NCBI RefSeq assembly: GCF_964355755.1
Contig: NC_092674.1
Span: 4,464,001-4,528,000 of the forward strand
Origin: Antedon mediterranea
Lineage: Eukaryota > Animalia > Echinodermata
Direction: 5' to 3'
DNA length: 64,000 nucleotides
Shown here: piece after piece, positions 25,501 through 40,500 of the stretch
Layout: each line of letters starts with the position of its first letter
How positions within the stretch are numbered: position 1 is the first letter of the stretch
Notes under the pieces: model-generated
What the model was told of the DNA's origin: nothing
What the model saw: only the letters and a program-made list of their open reading frames with translations
Database searches by the model: none
Program-made: the position numbers and the translations under genes

Positions 25501-28500
25501 GAACTTTTAATCAATGTCATAATTCATTACTAGCTTATTACCATAGGATAAACAAATATTACTCTGTTAGGGATTTTCTCCTCCAAGAGGAGAACATACT
25601 ATTTGAGAAAATGTACCAACTTTGAACGCCCCTCCATGTTTAGGGCTTTTCTCCTGCAAGAGGAGAACAGAATTTGAAAAAAACGTACCATGCAATGTTA
25701 TAAATTTACTTAATTTTGTCATTGTCATGCTTGAAATAAAATAAAATAAATATCATGATATCAATACCTCACCATTTAGAAACAATATTGCGTTACATGA
25801 ATGATATTCAGTTTTTTAATAAGCATCCCATTAGTGATTTAATAACAACATAGCAATCAAAATGTCTATTTAAAGTCTATTGTCAAAATAAGATAATAAA
25901 AAACTTAAAATAATACAAGGGTACAGGCTTGTAATAATAATTTTTCATTGCATGCATGATATCCAGTTTTTTAAATAATAATTTGATTATATCATATCCA
26001 TAAAACATATGTAATACAATAGATATACATCCTGTATTGAATTTGTTTAGTATTTACTTTTTAACTACATAATATATGTAAACAAACAAACAAGTAAACA
26101 GGTTTATGTATATTTAATATTCAGAAGATCCAATGAATAATTTCAAATAAAATAAAAACAAGGGTACAGTACTACTCCAAATAAAGAGACAGAACACATT
26201 TAGGAAAATTGAAAAGTTTCAATCCAGTATATTTGATCATATGAGAGTCTTGAAAATGATCATATAGATCGAAATATTAAATATTCTCAATACATAATTT
26301 TTATGAGTACCCTTGTTTTATTTCAAGTATTTTATTAACTTATTTTGGCAAAGACTTTAAATAAACTTTAACTAACTGTCATGCTTGTACAATAACCTAC
26401 AGTATGTACTATTTCAGACACTGAACTCAATCAATCAAATAAACATTTATTTCTTTCATATTCATATTTGAGTAAAACATTATAATTTCTAATATTTTAT
26501 ATATAAATCCAAAGGCAAATTACTGAAAAAAACGACAATGCTGTGGGTATCAGTGGCTGGATCTCAATGGAGATACAAAAAAAAAAGCGAAAAGCTAAAT
26601 CAAAACGATAAAGTAAACAGCCAGAAAAATATAATATTTTATATATATATATTTTTCTTTTTAGAGTTATAATAAGTAAATCATAATGTATGAAAAAAGG
26701 GTGATTCAGTTAATATAAACTGAACTATAACTAAAATAATCAATAATATATTTTATTTCTCAAATAAAAACAAAATACAGAAAACATTTTCTAAAATAAT
26801 AAATAATAGGGATACCCCACTGGAAGTATAAGCTTTAAGATGTGGGGTCCAGGCAACATATTTAAGTATGGTAAGGTAAGAAACATGTAAAAAAACAATA
26901 TAATGATGAGCAAAAAAGACATTTAACTTAACAAATGCAGTTATAATTTAATTTAAAACAGATACATTATTAACTTAAACAATAATAGTAGAAACAAGGT
27001 ATTCATGTAATTTGATATAAAATTAATAATTTTGAGTTCTTCTGGTAGAGAATTTTGGGTTATGGGAAAGTTATATCATGCTTGCCAACCTCCGTATTTA
27101 AGCAATCAAAGCAATACTATTCTTTTCTTTATATTTACAGATTACCAAACAACAACGATATAGATTTAGTTTCATAATTAATGAGCTAAAACAGGATGTC
27201 ATTATTCCGTATAAAGCTTCGTTAATTGGATTTATCAACGCAATACTTATATCGACAGAAAATTTCGACGAACGCAATCGTTTAAGAAATGAATTCATTG
27301 GTTTAAAGATTTTGGATATCCTCACCCAGTTACGGTATATATAATTTGTTGATATGATAGTGAGGAACCTAATGTGATCATCCCTGATATGCTATTCCAA
27401 ATTAATTGCATTTCTTGGTAAATTACAATGTGTAATGAATGAACAAGGCCGTAGCCACCAGTAGTGTTGGTAAGGTTTCAATCTGACCACTTTTTCACAG
27501 AGGTCTTTATAACCCAAAGATTGTTCCATTTTCTTGCGAAAACTGCACCACTTTATTGCTTGTGGCTACATAACTGATGAAATTGTACATACAGTATTCA
27601 TATTGAAGTCTACTAGCATTTTGCGTATGTCAGCCTTTCATAAAAAATATGAATAAAATAATTACAAAATAACTAATTAGGGAAAGCATATCTAAGAAAT
27701 TTACGCTAGGCTCCTCACTAAATTAATTAAAATTGATTATATTTTTTTTGGGCTCTTATTATTCTTATGGTAATATTGGAATTTAAGTCAAATAACTAAA
27801 ATAAATAGATTCTTTCTTCTAATTGAATAATTGTCTTTGTTTAATATTATTTACATATTGCTTGCTTAAAAGTTTAATTTGTGTTAATGAAATGAAATTC
27901 TATTTGAATAATATTAAATTTATATTTAATATTTTAAACTTAACTTTGCTTATTATCAATGTTTAGATTTTATTAATATTTTGATATTAATAATAACTAT
28001 AATTGGCTTAGTATGTCTACATACAATGTTGCAATGCTTTACTTTTTGTTGTGTATATGATGTGGGTTTGATTCCTAATTTGCATGTGATTTACATATAT
28101 ATTACATTAGAATAATGAATGTGTTAACTTCCAAGAATTGTGTTCTTTCAAAAATGGATAGAGGGTGCTATAATGATTTTAAGTCATGTCATTATAACCC
28201 TGAGCATTTTGCTTAGTTGTGTTGGGCATTTTGAAGCATGCTCATCGAAAGTAACCTCCTCACCCTCCTCCAAGTTTTCCTATTACCCACCATGAAAACT
28301 ATTTGGAACCCACTAGTATTGCACTATAGTAACCCATTACTGTAGACCTACTGGCTATTTAAAGCCCAGTAATACGTTTGTTCTTGGCAGTCAACACATT
28401 AATTCTACCATGGAATTATCTTATATATATTTTTTTTATATGTTTTATATTGCTTAAGTCTACTGTTTCATTTGTTAACTCTTTCATGTTCATATTTTTT

Positions 28501-31500
28501 GTCAAATAATATCTAACTTGAAGACTGGACTTGCTGGCAAGGTGAGGAACGCTAAATAGTTGTTGTTTGTTTGAGTTCTTTTATTTATCAATGTTTTGAT
28601 ACCATTGCTTTGTGTTGCACAGTGTACTGTACAGTGTTCTCCCCATGACTGACATGGAGGAAAGCAAGGCAATCTAACAACAAAACACTGAGCTCACCTT
28701 GCCAAGATAGGGACTCATGACAGTCTTTTGATCTTATGTCTGGCTACGACAAATACCAACACTACTATGCGCATATTTCCTGCGACGTGCAGTGCCTGTT
28801 AAGGGGCGTGGAGCTGATTGTGTCTTAGCCACAGATAAACCCTTTGATATCCAGAGCTCAGCGTCCTGTTGTAAGATTCCCTTGGGGAAAGTATGTACCA
28901 CGCCACCTGGGCCCTATACTTTTATGTATAAATATTTTCCTTGTTTTGAGGAGAATGCTGTTGCTATTTAATGCATGATGCACTACATATTATTGTTAAT
29001 GTTTGCATCACCATCACATTAGGATAATATATCAGCTTTGTATATAGTTTTCCTTATACAGTAGAACCACCCAACAAGGTGTTCACTGCATAGAAATATC
29101 CCTAAACAATAGGGGCTAGTCATAGTGTTAAAAAATATATTGCCACGTTCATTTTACAAGTGTCCCCTTAATAGAGGTGTTCCCTGAATAGGAACATACA
29201 AATATACAAAATCACATTGTTCATCATTTTGTAATTAAATTTATCCTGTACAGTAAAAACCTCTATTAAAGGGACACCTTTAGGACCCAAACATGTGTCA
29301 TATATTGCCACATTATTTAAGAAAGTGTCCCCTTAATAGAGGTGTCCCCTGAATAGGGGTGTCCCAAAAGAGGGCTTCTACTATTTCTCTTTCATCTTTA
29401 TCATTTATTAATCCTTACCTCTCCATCCCTGACATTGTTTAACATGTGTTCATTTGATTAAATATAGAAACTCTTAAGTCTTGTCCACACTATCAAACTT
29501 TATATGACAAAAAAATGTGATGTGTGGACATATATAGACATGATGATGTTATATTACTACCATATTTGGGCATATCACTACCATATTTGGGCATATCACT
29601 ACCATATTTGGGCATATCACTACCATATTTGGGCATATCGCTACTATATTTGGTGTTTTTTTTACAACTTTTCTGTGCATGTGCACTCATTTGTATGTTT
29701 CATTATCAGACTGTCTAAATTTGTATATGTCCATCATAACATTCTAATCAGTATATCTGTAGACTAATAGTATCATCCTTATGTATAAAAATATAAAAAA
29801 TTTCAAACAATATAATACAGTACTAACAAATACAGTGTCAAAAATACTTACAAATACAGTGTCAAACATACTTACAAATACAGTGTCAAACAATAGCACT
29901 CAAAAGAAATCATCATTGTCCAAAAACTATAAACTATTTATCATAACTTATGTTCTTTAACAGTGATGTTGATAAAGATGACCCAGACTTGATAATTCAA
30001 CTTGATGTATTTGATGACCAAAAGCAACAAGATGATAATGAACTACAACATCCAGATGGAATTGATCTGAACAGCCCAGTTCATGTTTTCGATGCGGTGT
30101 TCAAAAAGGTAAATTTCTATTTCAACACAACACACACATTTTAATAGAGCTCTGTCTACACTATCAAACTTTATGTGACAAACACATGTGATGTGCCCAT
30201 AAATGGACCTGATGATGTCATATCACTACCATATTTGGGCATATCACTACCATATTTGGGCACATCACACTTTGTTTGATAGTGTTGACAGAGCTTTACA
30301 CAGGATAACTATGGCTAGAAGCTCCAATCTTGGTGTTCCGCTACCAGTGTAAGACAACGTAATTAGTTTAGTTTAATCCATTTAACTTTTACATGTCTAT
30401 AATTGTATCAATATGTTTTCTAGGTTTGTGAAACTCCACAGGCAGCCAGTCTTTTAGCAATTCTGCAGGATTTATTGCTGCTAGAGAGTGATAGTAAAGA
30501 TGCAGATGCCATTTGGAACCTTATAGAAGTACTGGTTACAAAAGCTGTACAAATGAACCAAGAAGAAATATTGAAAGTTTTCACAGAGAATAAAAACCAT
30601 GTGGTTGCCATGCTACCACCAAAGAAGGTTGTAAAGAAGCAAAAGATGGAAGATGGTAAATCAGCTGGAAGAAGACGATGTAAAGACGGGAGTACACAAA
30701 CTGATATGAAAGGGATCGAGTGTGAATTGGGACAAGTTCAAGGGTCAGATACTCACAGCCCTGCTGCTGCAGCTCCACCTCCACCCCCACCGCCGCCACC
30801 ACCACCTCCTGGTATGATACCACCGCTTCCAGGTCCAGGGATTCCACCACCACCCCCACCGCCTTTGCCAGGTGGGGGTATACCACCTCCACCGCCATTC
30901 CCTGGTGGTGGTATTCCACCACCACCACCTTTACCTGGTGCTGGTGTTCCCCCACCACCACCTTTCCCTGGTGGTGTTCCTCCTCCACCTCCGTTTCCTG
31001 GTGGAGGTGTCCCTCCACCACCTCCATTTCCAGGTGGCGGTGTACCACCCCCACCACCATTTCCTGGTGCTGGCCCTCCCCCACCTCCACCACCAGGTGG
31101 TTGGATAACACCAACAGCAGCCGCAACTACTCAAGCAGCTCCTCCTCAACCAAAGCCGAGTAAAAAGCTGAAAGTTGTCAATTGGGTGAAAATCAAGCCA
31201 ACTGAACTACAAAGACAAGCCACAGTATCTGAAAGTAAGTATGCAAATTATGTATAGAAACAGTGATTAAGCATAATTTAATCCTTGACATACTGTGCAG
31301 TTGAAATCACAGAACACAGATCATCTAATTGTAGCATTGTAACAGTGAGCCAATCAGGATTGTTATCATTGCCAAAGCAGTACCAATGCTAAGCCTCATA
31401 CAAGACTTAGTTTAGACAGGATGAATATATTATAGTGTTTTCTTTGCTAGATAGCAAACACAATACTTTTGTAGTACACACATCCACTGATCATCTGGGA

Positions 31501-34500
31501 GACCAGTCTTTGACTGAAGAGGTATGCACAGTTTAAATAAATAACAAATTCAAATTTTGTGACTTCTTTCAGAGAGCAATGTATGGATCAAAGTAAAAGA
31601 ACTAGAATCACCAATGACACCAGATTATGACATTCTGGAAGAACTATTTTGTCAGGCACCAAAAGTGGACAAGAAAAAGTCTGATGAAAAGAAAAAGAAA
31701 GAACCAACCGAGGTAGACCACCCACTACTTAACTTCTAAATCTCTGTCTACTATCAAACTAGTTTGACAAAAAAAAAAGTGTGATGTGCTCAAATATGGT
31801 AGTGGTATGACATCATCATGTCCATATATGGACACATCACATTTTGCTGTCACGCAAAGTTTGATAGTGTAGACAGAGCTTAAGGAATTGGTCTTTCGTT
31901 AAAGTTTTATTCCACTCCTTGATGTTGGGAGTTTAAATTTCTGTTGTGAACTCAATTGTTATTGAGTTTAGATGAGATTCTGAAGTATTATCTGTGGCTT
32001 CTAATGCTTTGTCATTATGTAATAAGATAATCCAAATACTTACAAGAAGAACTAGAAATCTAGATAATTAATTTTTTAATGTTTAAAGTTGAAAAAGTAT
32101 AACATGTTGAAGGAAAGGGGAATTTTTGTTGAATTTGTAGACATATATTTAAAGAAAAATTTTTTTTCTCTAGATTAATTTACTTGATGGTAAGCGCAGT
32201 TTGAATGTGAACATTTTCCTGAAGCAGTTCCGTAAGCCGAATGAAGTTATAGTCGGTATGATCAAGACGGGTGACAGTGGAAACATTGGTGCGGATAGAC
32301 TGAAAGCGCTTCATAAACTGCTTCCTGAAAAAGATGAGGTATGTAACATAGAAAGAACAAGAAAAAGCCACTTTGAGACTTTCTCAATACTGTTTATTTT
32401 CAACAATTTTACTGGCCAGTTTCTCTGCTTTTAAAATATATATTGATTGTGTATTAAATATCTAACTAATATCTATCTAAATGTCTAGCTGACTTTAATT
32501 TTCTTTCTTATAGTTGAATATGCTTAAGTCATTTGATGGTGATCGTAACAAGCTTGGTGCGGCAGAGAAATTCTTAATTCTTTTAGGAGAACTAAACAGG
32601 TACAAACTTGTTTCCCTTATTATGCTAGAAACCTCAGTGACAGGGTATATGACTTGTTATTGTTATATATATGTGTGTGTATACATTGTTGAAATAAATG
32701 ATTTGATTTGATTTGATTTGATTTATTTCGGCATCAGTACATAAAATATCACAGACATACAATTAAAATTGGCAAAATACTGTATTATATATATACAGTA
32801 TAAAAATACCAAAATAAAACAAGGATGCCAAGGATAACTCATAAAAGTCCTCTACGGACTTGTTTCCAATGAGGTCCTTTGAAAGAACAGCAAAAAAGAC
32901 AAACAATGCAACATATAAAAATTACAAAAAACAGCAAAAAAGGACAATCGAAAAAAGAAGAAGCGCTTATTAAATAGTTTCAAGAGCTAGTGAACTAATG
33001 AACAATATATTTTTATATGTAATTAAGCAAAATCCAAGTTACGGCTCAAACATATCTGGTTTTTTTTTTACATATTACAGTATTTATTTATGTTAATATT
33101 AATGGTATTAATTTTATTTTTCTAGTTATAAATTAAGAATTGAAGGAATGTTGTTGAAAGAGGAGTTTACTGAGAAGATGGACTACTTGAGGCCGTCTCT
33201 ACAGACCATTCAAAATGCATGTGATGGTGAGTCTTATACTTTTCAAAAGATCAGTAATGTAGTAAAGTTAATAAATTAATTATTTTTAATATCTTTTTTT
33301 ATTCTTTTCAGATATTCTCTGTAGTAAAACTCTTGAAGAATTTTTATTACTTATTCTGAACATTGGAAATTTCATGAATTGTGTAAGAGTCTTTTTAAAA
33401 AAAATTATATTGAAATATTTTGAAATTCTACTAGTACTAAAAAAACCAATGAGGTAAAGCCGAAGGCTAGAGGGCGTACTCAAGACTGAAAAGTGATTCC
33501 AACAGGAGGGGAACCAACAAGATGGCGGCCATAAATGTGTTCAAAAACATTATTTAATATAAAAAATAATAATCTAATATAATACATTAAGACCACATAA
33601 ATTACAACATATTCTTGTCAAAGCACAGTAAAGTTTTTATAAAATTAAATGTAATTATTGTTAATCGCAATAGAATGAATAATTTCTTGGTAATCTAGCA
33701 TTTTTTGTATACGAGGATCATATAGAATGCGTTCGTGTTTATATGCTTAACGCGCTGCGTTGCGTATCGTTCTCACGCAGATAGGCTCAACACAGGCGTA
33801 TCAGTGTGTACTGTGTAGGGCGTATCTGATTGGTCGATTGCAGCCGCCATCTTGTTGGTTCCCTCTCCATGGAGAATCACTTTTGAACTGCTATAACATA
33901 TATTCTTTGCTATCTAGCTATATAAAATCTTTGGAAAAAACATAACTTTGATATTATGGTATTTCTAACCTTTTAAACGTATTCCTTATTAATAGGGTGG
34001 TTATGCAGGTAACGCTGTTGGTTTTAAGGTCACCTCTTTGCTGAAACTAATCGATACAAAAGCAAATAAACCTAGAATGAATCTGATGCACTATATTGTA
34101 GAAAGAGCTGAACAACAGGATAAAACCATGCTGGATTTTCCAAATGAAATGGAAAGTTTACAAGAAGCTTGCAGGTAAAATGAGTTTGATGGGAGCAAAA
34201 TCTGATTTATAAGCTCTGTCTACACTATCAAACTTGTGTGACGTGCCCAAATATGGTAGTAATATGACATCATCGTGTCCATATATGGGCACATCACATT
34301 TTGTTGTAACATAAAATTTGATAGTGTAGACAGAGCCTAAGAAGAGCCAAATTGTAACAAATATTTCTCTGATTTGTGTAACTGAATCACCTCTTCAATT
34401 CTGTTATTGTAGATTATCTATTGATACACTGAAGGCTGATGTAACTCAGTTAGGTAGAAGTCTTGAGAAATTAGAAGAACAGATTTCAAAAGAAGAAGAT

Positions 34501-37500
34501 GAAATAAGAGAGCAGCTAAGTGCTTTTATTGAGGTAAGTACTAACATCTTTATTTCATTCTCATCTACGGGAGAATTATTACATTGTTTGATCTATTATA
34601 TTTGTAATTGAAAAATTCAATACAAAATCAGAAATTATTTATAGCATTCAGTATACAGTATTTATTCATTCAGTAAAATAATGTGGAGCTGTAGCTTTGT
34701 GGTTAATGTGCTTACCTTCCAATCCTAAGGTTCAGGGTTCAATCCTGATCCAGTGCCAGGGTTCAATTATGAGCTAGTGCAAGGGTTGTAACTTACGACT
34801 CGAACTACACTGCCTAATAATAATAATAATACCAGATTTATATAGCGCCCTTTTCATGAGTAATCATGCTCAAAGGCGCTTTACAAGCATTATTACCCCA
34901 GTATTTTTTGGGATCAAACACGTATGGAAACATACTCCCATAATGCAGCCGGTAACCAGCGCAGTTGTGTCTAGATCTAACTGGGTACCCATTTATACAC
35001 CTGGGTGGAGAGAGGCAACGTAAGTAAAGCATCTTGCCTACGGATACAAGCAATGCGGCGAGAGTTGGATTCGAACCTAGGTCTGACGATCGGTAGTCCA
35101 ACGTCCAACACACTGCGCCACACGCCCTCAAATGAGACTTGTACTGTATAAAATTATAAAATAGTTTATCCATCATGTAATTGTCAAGTTTAAGTTTTAT
35201 TAATATTTTTCTAGAAATCATTACAAGAGGTTAATGCATTAAAACAAGACATAGTCTGTATTGAAAAGCAGAGTGTGGAGTTATGTGATTTCTTTATGGA
35301 AGATCCAGGAAAGTTCAAATTGCAGGACTTTTTAGGAATCGTCAAGACCTTTGCAGAACGAATCAAACAATGTCAACAGGTAGGAAATCTGTCCTAGTAC
35401 TCCTCAACAGAAATTCTAAAATTCATCAATGCTTGTATTTCTTTTCTGTATTTAAATTAACTTTGTTAACAATTTTATTTTTATTGTTTTCCAAGGAAAA
35501 TGAAAAAAGACGTAAACTTGAAGAAAAACAAAAGAAAAGAGAAGAAGAAAAACAGAGAAGACTTCTAAGTGGTGAAGGAAAGAAAAAAGGAAAAATACCA
35601 ATTGTACCAGAAGAGGATGGGTGCATTGTTGACAATTTGTTAGCAGATATTAGAAAGGTATCATTTGTTTTTATCTTTCTTTATCCTCAGGGGAAAATTA
35701 TATAGCTTGGCTAATGAAGTATTCATAATTACAAAACATAACTTTACTAATTTTTACTTTATCCTAATGGAAAACAACGTTTCTTTTTATTTTTAGGGTT
35801 TCAAATTAAAACGACTTAGTCTCCAGGATGGTCAGGAATCTGTAAATACAAACAAGAGGTTGTCACTGAAAGATACTTTGTCACCCACCATCATCAAAAG
35901 AGGAATATTTAGTGAAGACTCACCAGATGCAAAAGAAAAAACCAAAGACGAACCAAAAGTAAATGGGTTAGATGTAGATCATCTTAGCAAGTTGAATGGA
36001 AAAGTAAAAGAGGATTCCTTAACAAGTAAAGATAAACCAAATCAAGAAGCGGTTGAGAAGTCAGATTTAGGTAGAATTCAAGAAAATCTTGAATTAAATA
36101 ACAAAGATACAAGAGCATCTGGAGAAGAAAGCAGCAAGTTGAAAGAGAACAAAGATTTGATAACCAAGAAAGACACAACTGAAGAATCAACAGTGCAACA
36201 AAATGGAGAAAGTCCCAATAAAGATGCAAGCAATAAATCAATTACAATAGCTGAACCAAATCAAAATGGAGTTGAAACCAATTCTTTAAAATCAAAAGAT
36301 GAAAAAGTTGAAGCACATGTAAAGCATGTAAAACCAGAACAATTAAAGACAGATTTGAATTCCACTGCAGAATCTGATGATTTATGTAATTATGATGTTA
36401 TTGATGTTGAGGAAATAAAGTTGTCAATACCATCTAACAAACAAACTCCTGATGAGGGAAATACACCTATACACACTAATGAGTACCATCATTCTAATGG
36501 TGTGGATGATGTCAGTGAAGTTATAGAAAGTCCTACTAAAGAAATAATTGAGGAAAAGTGGCCATTGCCAAATGGTGTTAAAATAGAAAACTCACAAAAA
36601 GACTCAAATACTGACACTGTATCAAATAATTGTGAGGAAAACAAACAAATACCAAAACCAGTTGAAACCAGTCTTGCTAAAACTGCTGTTGCTTCTGAAA
36701 CGCCACAGAAAGTTCAAGATTCGCAAATTAACCGGACAAGCATTCCAACTGAACTAGCCGTCAAAGATCAGAGGCCAGAATCTTCTGCATCGTCAACCTC
36801 AACAAATACAGTCATAGAAGTTTTACCAAAAAGTCCTCCTGTCAAAGAAGTCCCATCAACAGAATCTGCCAATAATAAAACTGTTGTCAATGTTGGACTT
36901 GGATATCGTAATACTAAAAGAAATCAAAGTAATGTGCAAAAGACCGAGGATGGTGGTGCGACTGAAAATGGTAGTGGAGAAGCTGAACAGTTTGATCCAT
37001 GGGTACAGAAAACTGAAAATGTCAATATCAAAAACAACCCTTCAAATATATCAACATTCAGAGGTGAGTGTTGGAACAAAATTAAAGGTGTTCTGTCATT
37101 CGATAACTGATACAAACACTTAGTCAAATATCTGCATTTCTTACACTTTCATGGTGTGTGGTTTTTGTTTTTGTTGTTTTTTTTTTGCATATGTATGCTT
37201 GCCACTTATAGCCATTGTGAAAATGTATAAATTTGCTGTATATATATTATCACATTTTCATTAAGTATAATGCAAGTCTCCTCCAATTCAAAACTTAAGA
37301 CCTCTAATTAGAATCTGTACTTACAGGATTGTAATATTGTACTGTGCTTCGATTATTAAACAACACTATTTGGTGACCAAACACAAATAAATTTAATGAG
37401 AGAGCAAGAAAATTAATATACTTTACATGACTTCTTCAACGCCAATGAGTATTGCATAAATATTCGCTCCTAAACATTGAATATATGTTGAAATGTATTT

Positions 37501-40500
37501 GGATTGAGGCTTGTAATTATACTTAAAAAGCTGGCATTTACTTTATCAACTTTTTATTTCAAATCAAGTTAACTTAAGCTCCGTCTACACTATCAAACTT
37601 TGGGATGTGCCCATATATGGACATAATGATGTCATAATCAATGCCATATTTAAGCACATCACTACCATATTTGGGCACATCACACTAGTTTGATAGTGTA
37701 GACAGAGCTTAATATTGCTTTCTGCATGCTTTATTCACTTGGTTATATATCACTATTATACACTCTGCTATAAATATAAAAAAACACTGCTTTTAAATTC
37801 AAGTTTGACAATGTAATATTTGTATATTCTTTTTGGTTTTCTTTTTCCTTTATCATTTGAAAATGTGAATGTGCATTTACTGATGTATGAATGACAAATA
37901 TAAAGCCTCATTCGCACTGAATTAAACTAATCGGTTCGTTTGTTGACTTAATATTGTTATTTAACATGTTTATCGGGAGAGTCACTTTCCAACTACAGTG
38001 CAAGCTCTCTGTTCTGAGTAGTAAAGTCACAAAAACAATTGACGAAAAATTCCAATACGAATGAGACTTTATACTAGTATAGTATTTCATTTATCATTCA
38101 ATAAAGTTTTCTTTTTATATATATCATACAAAATATATCTGTCATTATATATTCAATTTACTAAATGCTCATGCTGCAATTGCTTCAGTAATAAGACCTC
38201 TGATCTGTTACTAATACTACAATTACTGCAGTAATTTAGTGAAACCTTATTTATTTTGGATTCTCTTGTTTCGTCTATCACTGTATTAGCAAATTCATTG
38301 TTAATCATGATTTTATATACTTCTTATTTATTAAATATTATTACGCTATTGTGTTTTCCTCCGAAATTTCGTAAACATTTAATATAAACCATTTAAAATG
38401 AATGAATTTACTTAAATAATTTGAAGCAACCGTTTTAATGACGTCACAAATTTTTGATATTCCACCCAACATTTAGTTTCCATGTAAATTTGTCTCCATG
38501 CTTTTCAATTTAAAATCTTCATAATCGGTTGGTTTATTTTTAATGTTGTACTTTGTTCTTCTGTACAGATTCTTTATTCAATTAAATACTAAAATCAGAA
38601 GAAAAAAAATTAAGTTCCAATTATAGTATTAATTGTACAAAGATGTGTATTGTGTATTTTTAGATGCACTGTGTTGCTATTAGAAAATGTATATACTTTT
38701 GCATGGTTTTATTTTATATTCTTTTTCGTATTCAATAGTGTTAATATTTACTGTGCATTTAATTCACTGTACTGTATCTCGTGATTGGCATATGGCATGA
38801 TTGAGTGATCCAGTATCACAGGAAAATTCTATAATACAGTGTTACATATGTATCACATGTGATGTCTGTATCATAGGCACATTCTATAATACAGTGTCAA
38901 TATCTATCACATTACACCTGTAATATTCTTAGGTTAGGTGTATGGCCTATGATACAGGCGTGACACGTGCTACCTATGTGACACTGTATAATAGAATTTA
39001 TCTTTGATACTGAAAATACAATACAATACAGCGAATCAGCTATTTGAATTTCTGTTTCCTAATTTGGTTCCTTTTAGTTGTAATTTTAGTCTTTTATATA
39101 TAGATATTTTTTATATAGTTTAGGTGAATTGTATTTTTAAAACTTAATTAGAGAAATGTTTAAAGATACGTTGAACGTTTCTTTAACACATTGTATTTTT
39201 CATATTATTCGTGGTTCCCACTATAGCGACGCAACAATTATCGGAAGAGCATTTCTTACGTTGCGTAGGTTACGTTGCGTCGCTAGTGGGAACCACGCTT
39301 TAGGACGCAATGTATCATTATTACTATTTTTTATTTTGCTCTTAATACAGTTTTAATAATAAACGATTCCTTCCCTTACTTTTTAATTTCCATTGTTCTT
39401 ATTTTAACTGCAATTTACTAATTAAATCTAAATAGGAAATTCTAATCAATATAATTTTCGAGTATTCACTGACCCGATTCCCAGTGTTACGGTATATCTC
39501 CATCTTCACAGGAAGACTTGATAATACAGCATGTGCGTCATGCTGTATTATCAGGCTCCTTTTTAGTGCTTGTAAAGGTTACATGCAATCTGGCCATTGG
39601 CCGCAAGTTGTTACATATTGCTACATTGATTTTTTTTGTTTAATATAAGTGTTTAGGTTATGGTGGTACTAGGCGATATATGTAAAATACACGTGATTCT
39701 GCATTACCGAATGTTCCTATGATACTTGAGAAATCTAGATAATTGAGTGCACTGTCGGTCCCACTAAACACCACACGCTACCACACTCGCACCGGTACCA
39801 CCAGGGAGGTATACCTCCTTGGTACCACACAGCAATAATAGTGATGTAGTACCACACATGTCCCTACTGTATGTTAGTACGCTAATGCCAATGAACTCTT
39901 TAAAAGAGAATATTTTTAGGGTTAGGTGCAGCAGGGATCACTCTTCCCTGGGTTCAGTTATATCTAAAGCTTGGTTCCCACTAGAACGTAACGCAAGGAC
40001 GTAAACGCAACGCAAGCGTTTTAACCAATGACAAGCGAAGTTATAGCCAGTTAGCAATCACAAGCGAATAAGCCATCGCTTGTGATTGGTCAATTCATTT
40101 GCGTTGCGTTACGTCCTTGCGTTGCGTCGCTAGTGGGAACCACGCTTAAGTGTTGGTTATTTAGGGTTGAATACACGTATAAGTGCATTACGGTAACGTC
40201 TAGAGTTGGTAGTGTTATAGTGTGACGTGTGGTGTTTAGGATCCTTCACAGATTGTGAAATGGTTTTGTGTTTATAACTTGCTGGTTCAGGTTTTCCATT
40301 TTCGTGTATTGTTTGTTTGTTTATTGTTTGTTAATAAGCATCTATGGGCTGTATTCACAAATCACACTTAAGTGCGTTATTTCCCCTAATAAATCATCAC
40401 AATCAATAGATAATTCAGTATTCACCCAGAGTGGGGATGATGAGTATACGATGCCACAGTCAATTAAAAGTATAATGTTATTAGGATAGGGTTGTAATTA

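Noticed and set aside
30581-31149. His/Trp-rich ORFs overlapping INF2 exon 5
   Set aside because: Alternative-frame and antisense shadows of the polyproline FH1 codons.
35055-35128. tRNA-Arg-like gene (also 55047-55120)
   Set aside because: The stems do not form a proper cloverleaf and the sequence continues into a SINE body and tail.
34838-35221. Peptide shared with ORF 54960-55304 ([19 protein letters not shown])
   Set aside because: Both are read-throughs of the same SINE.
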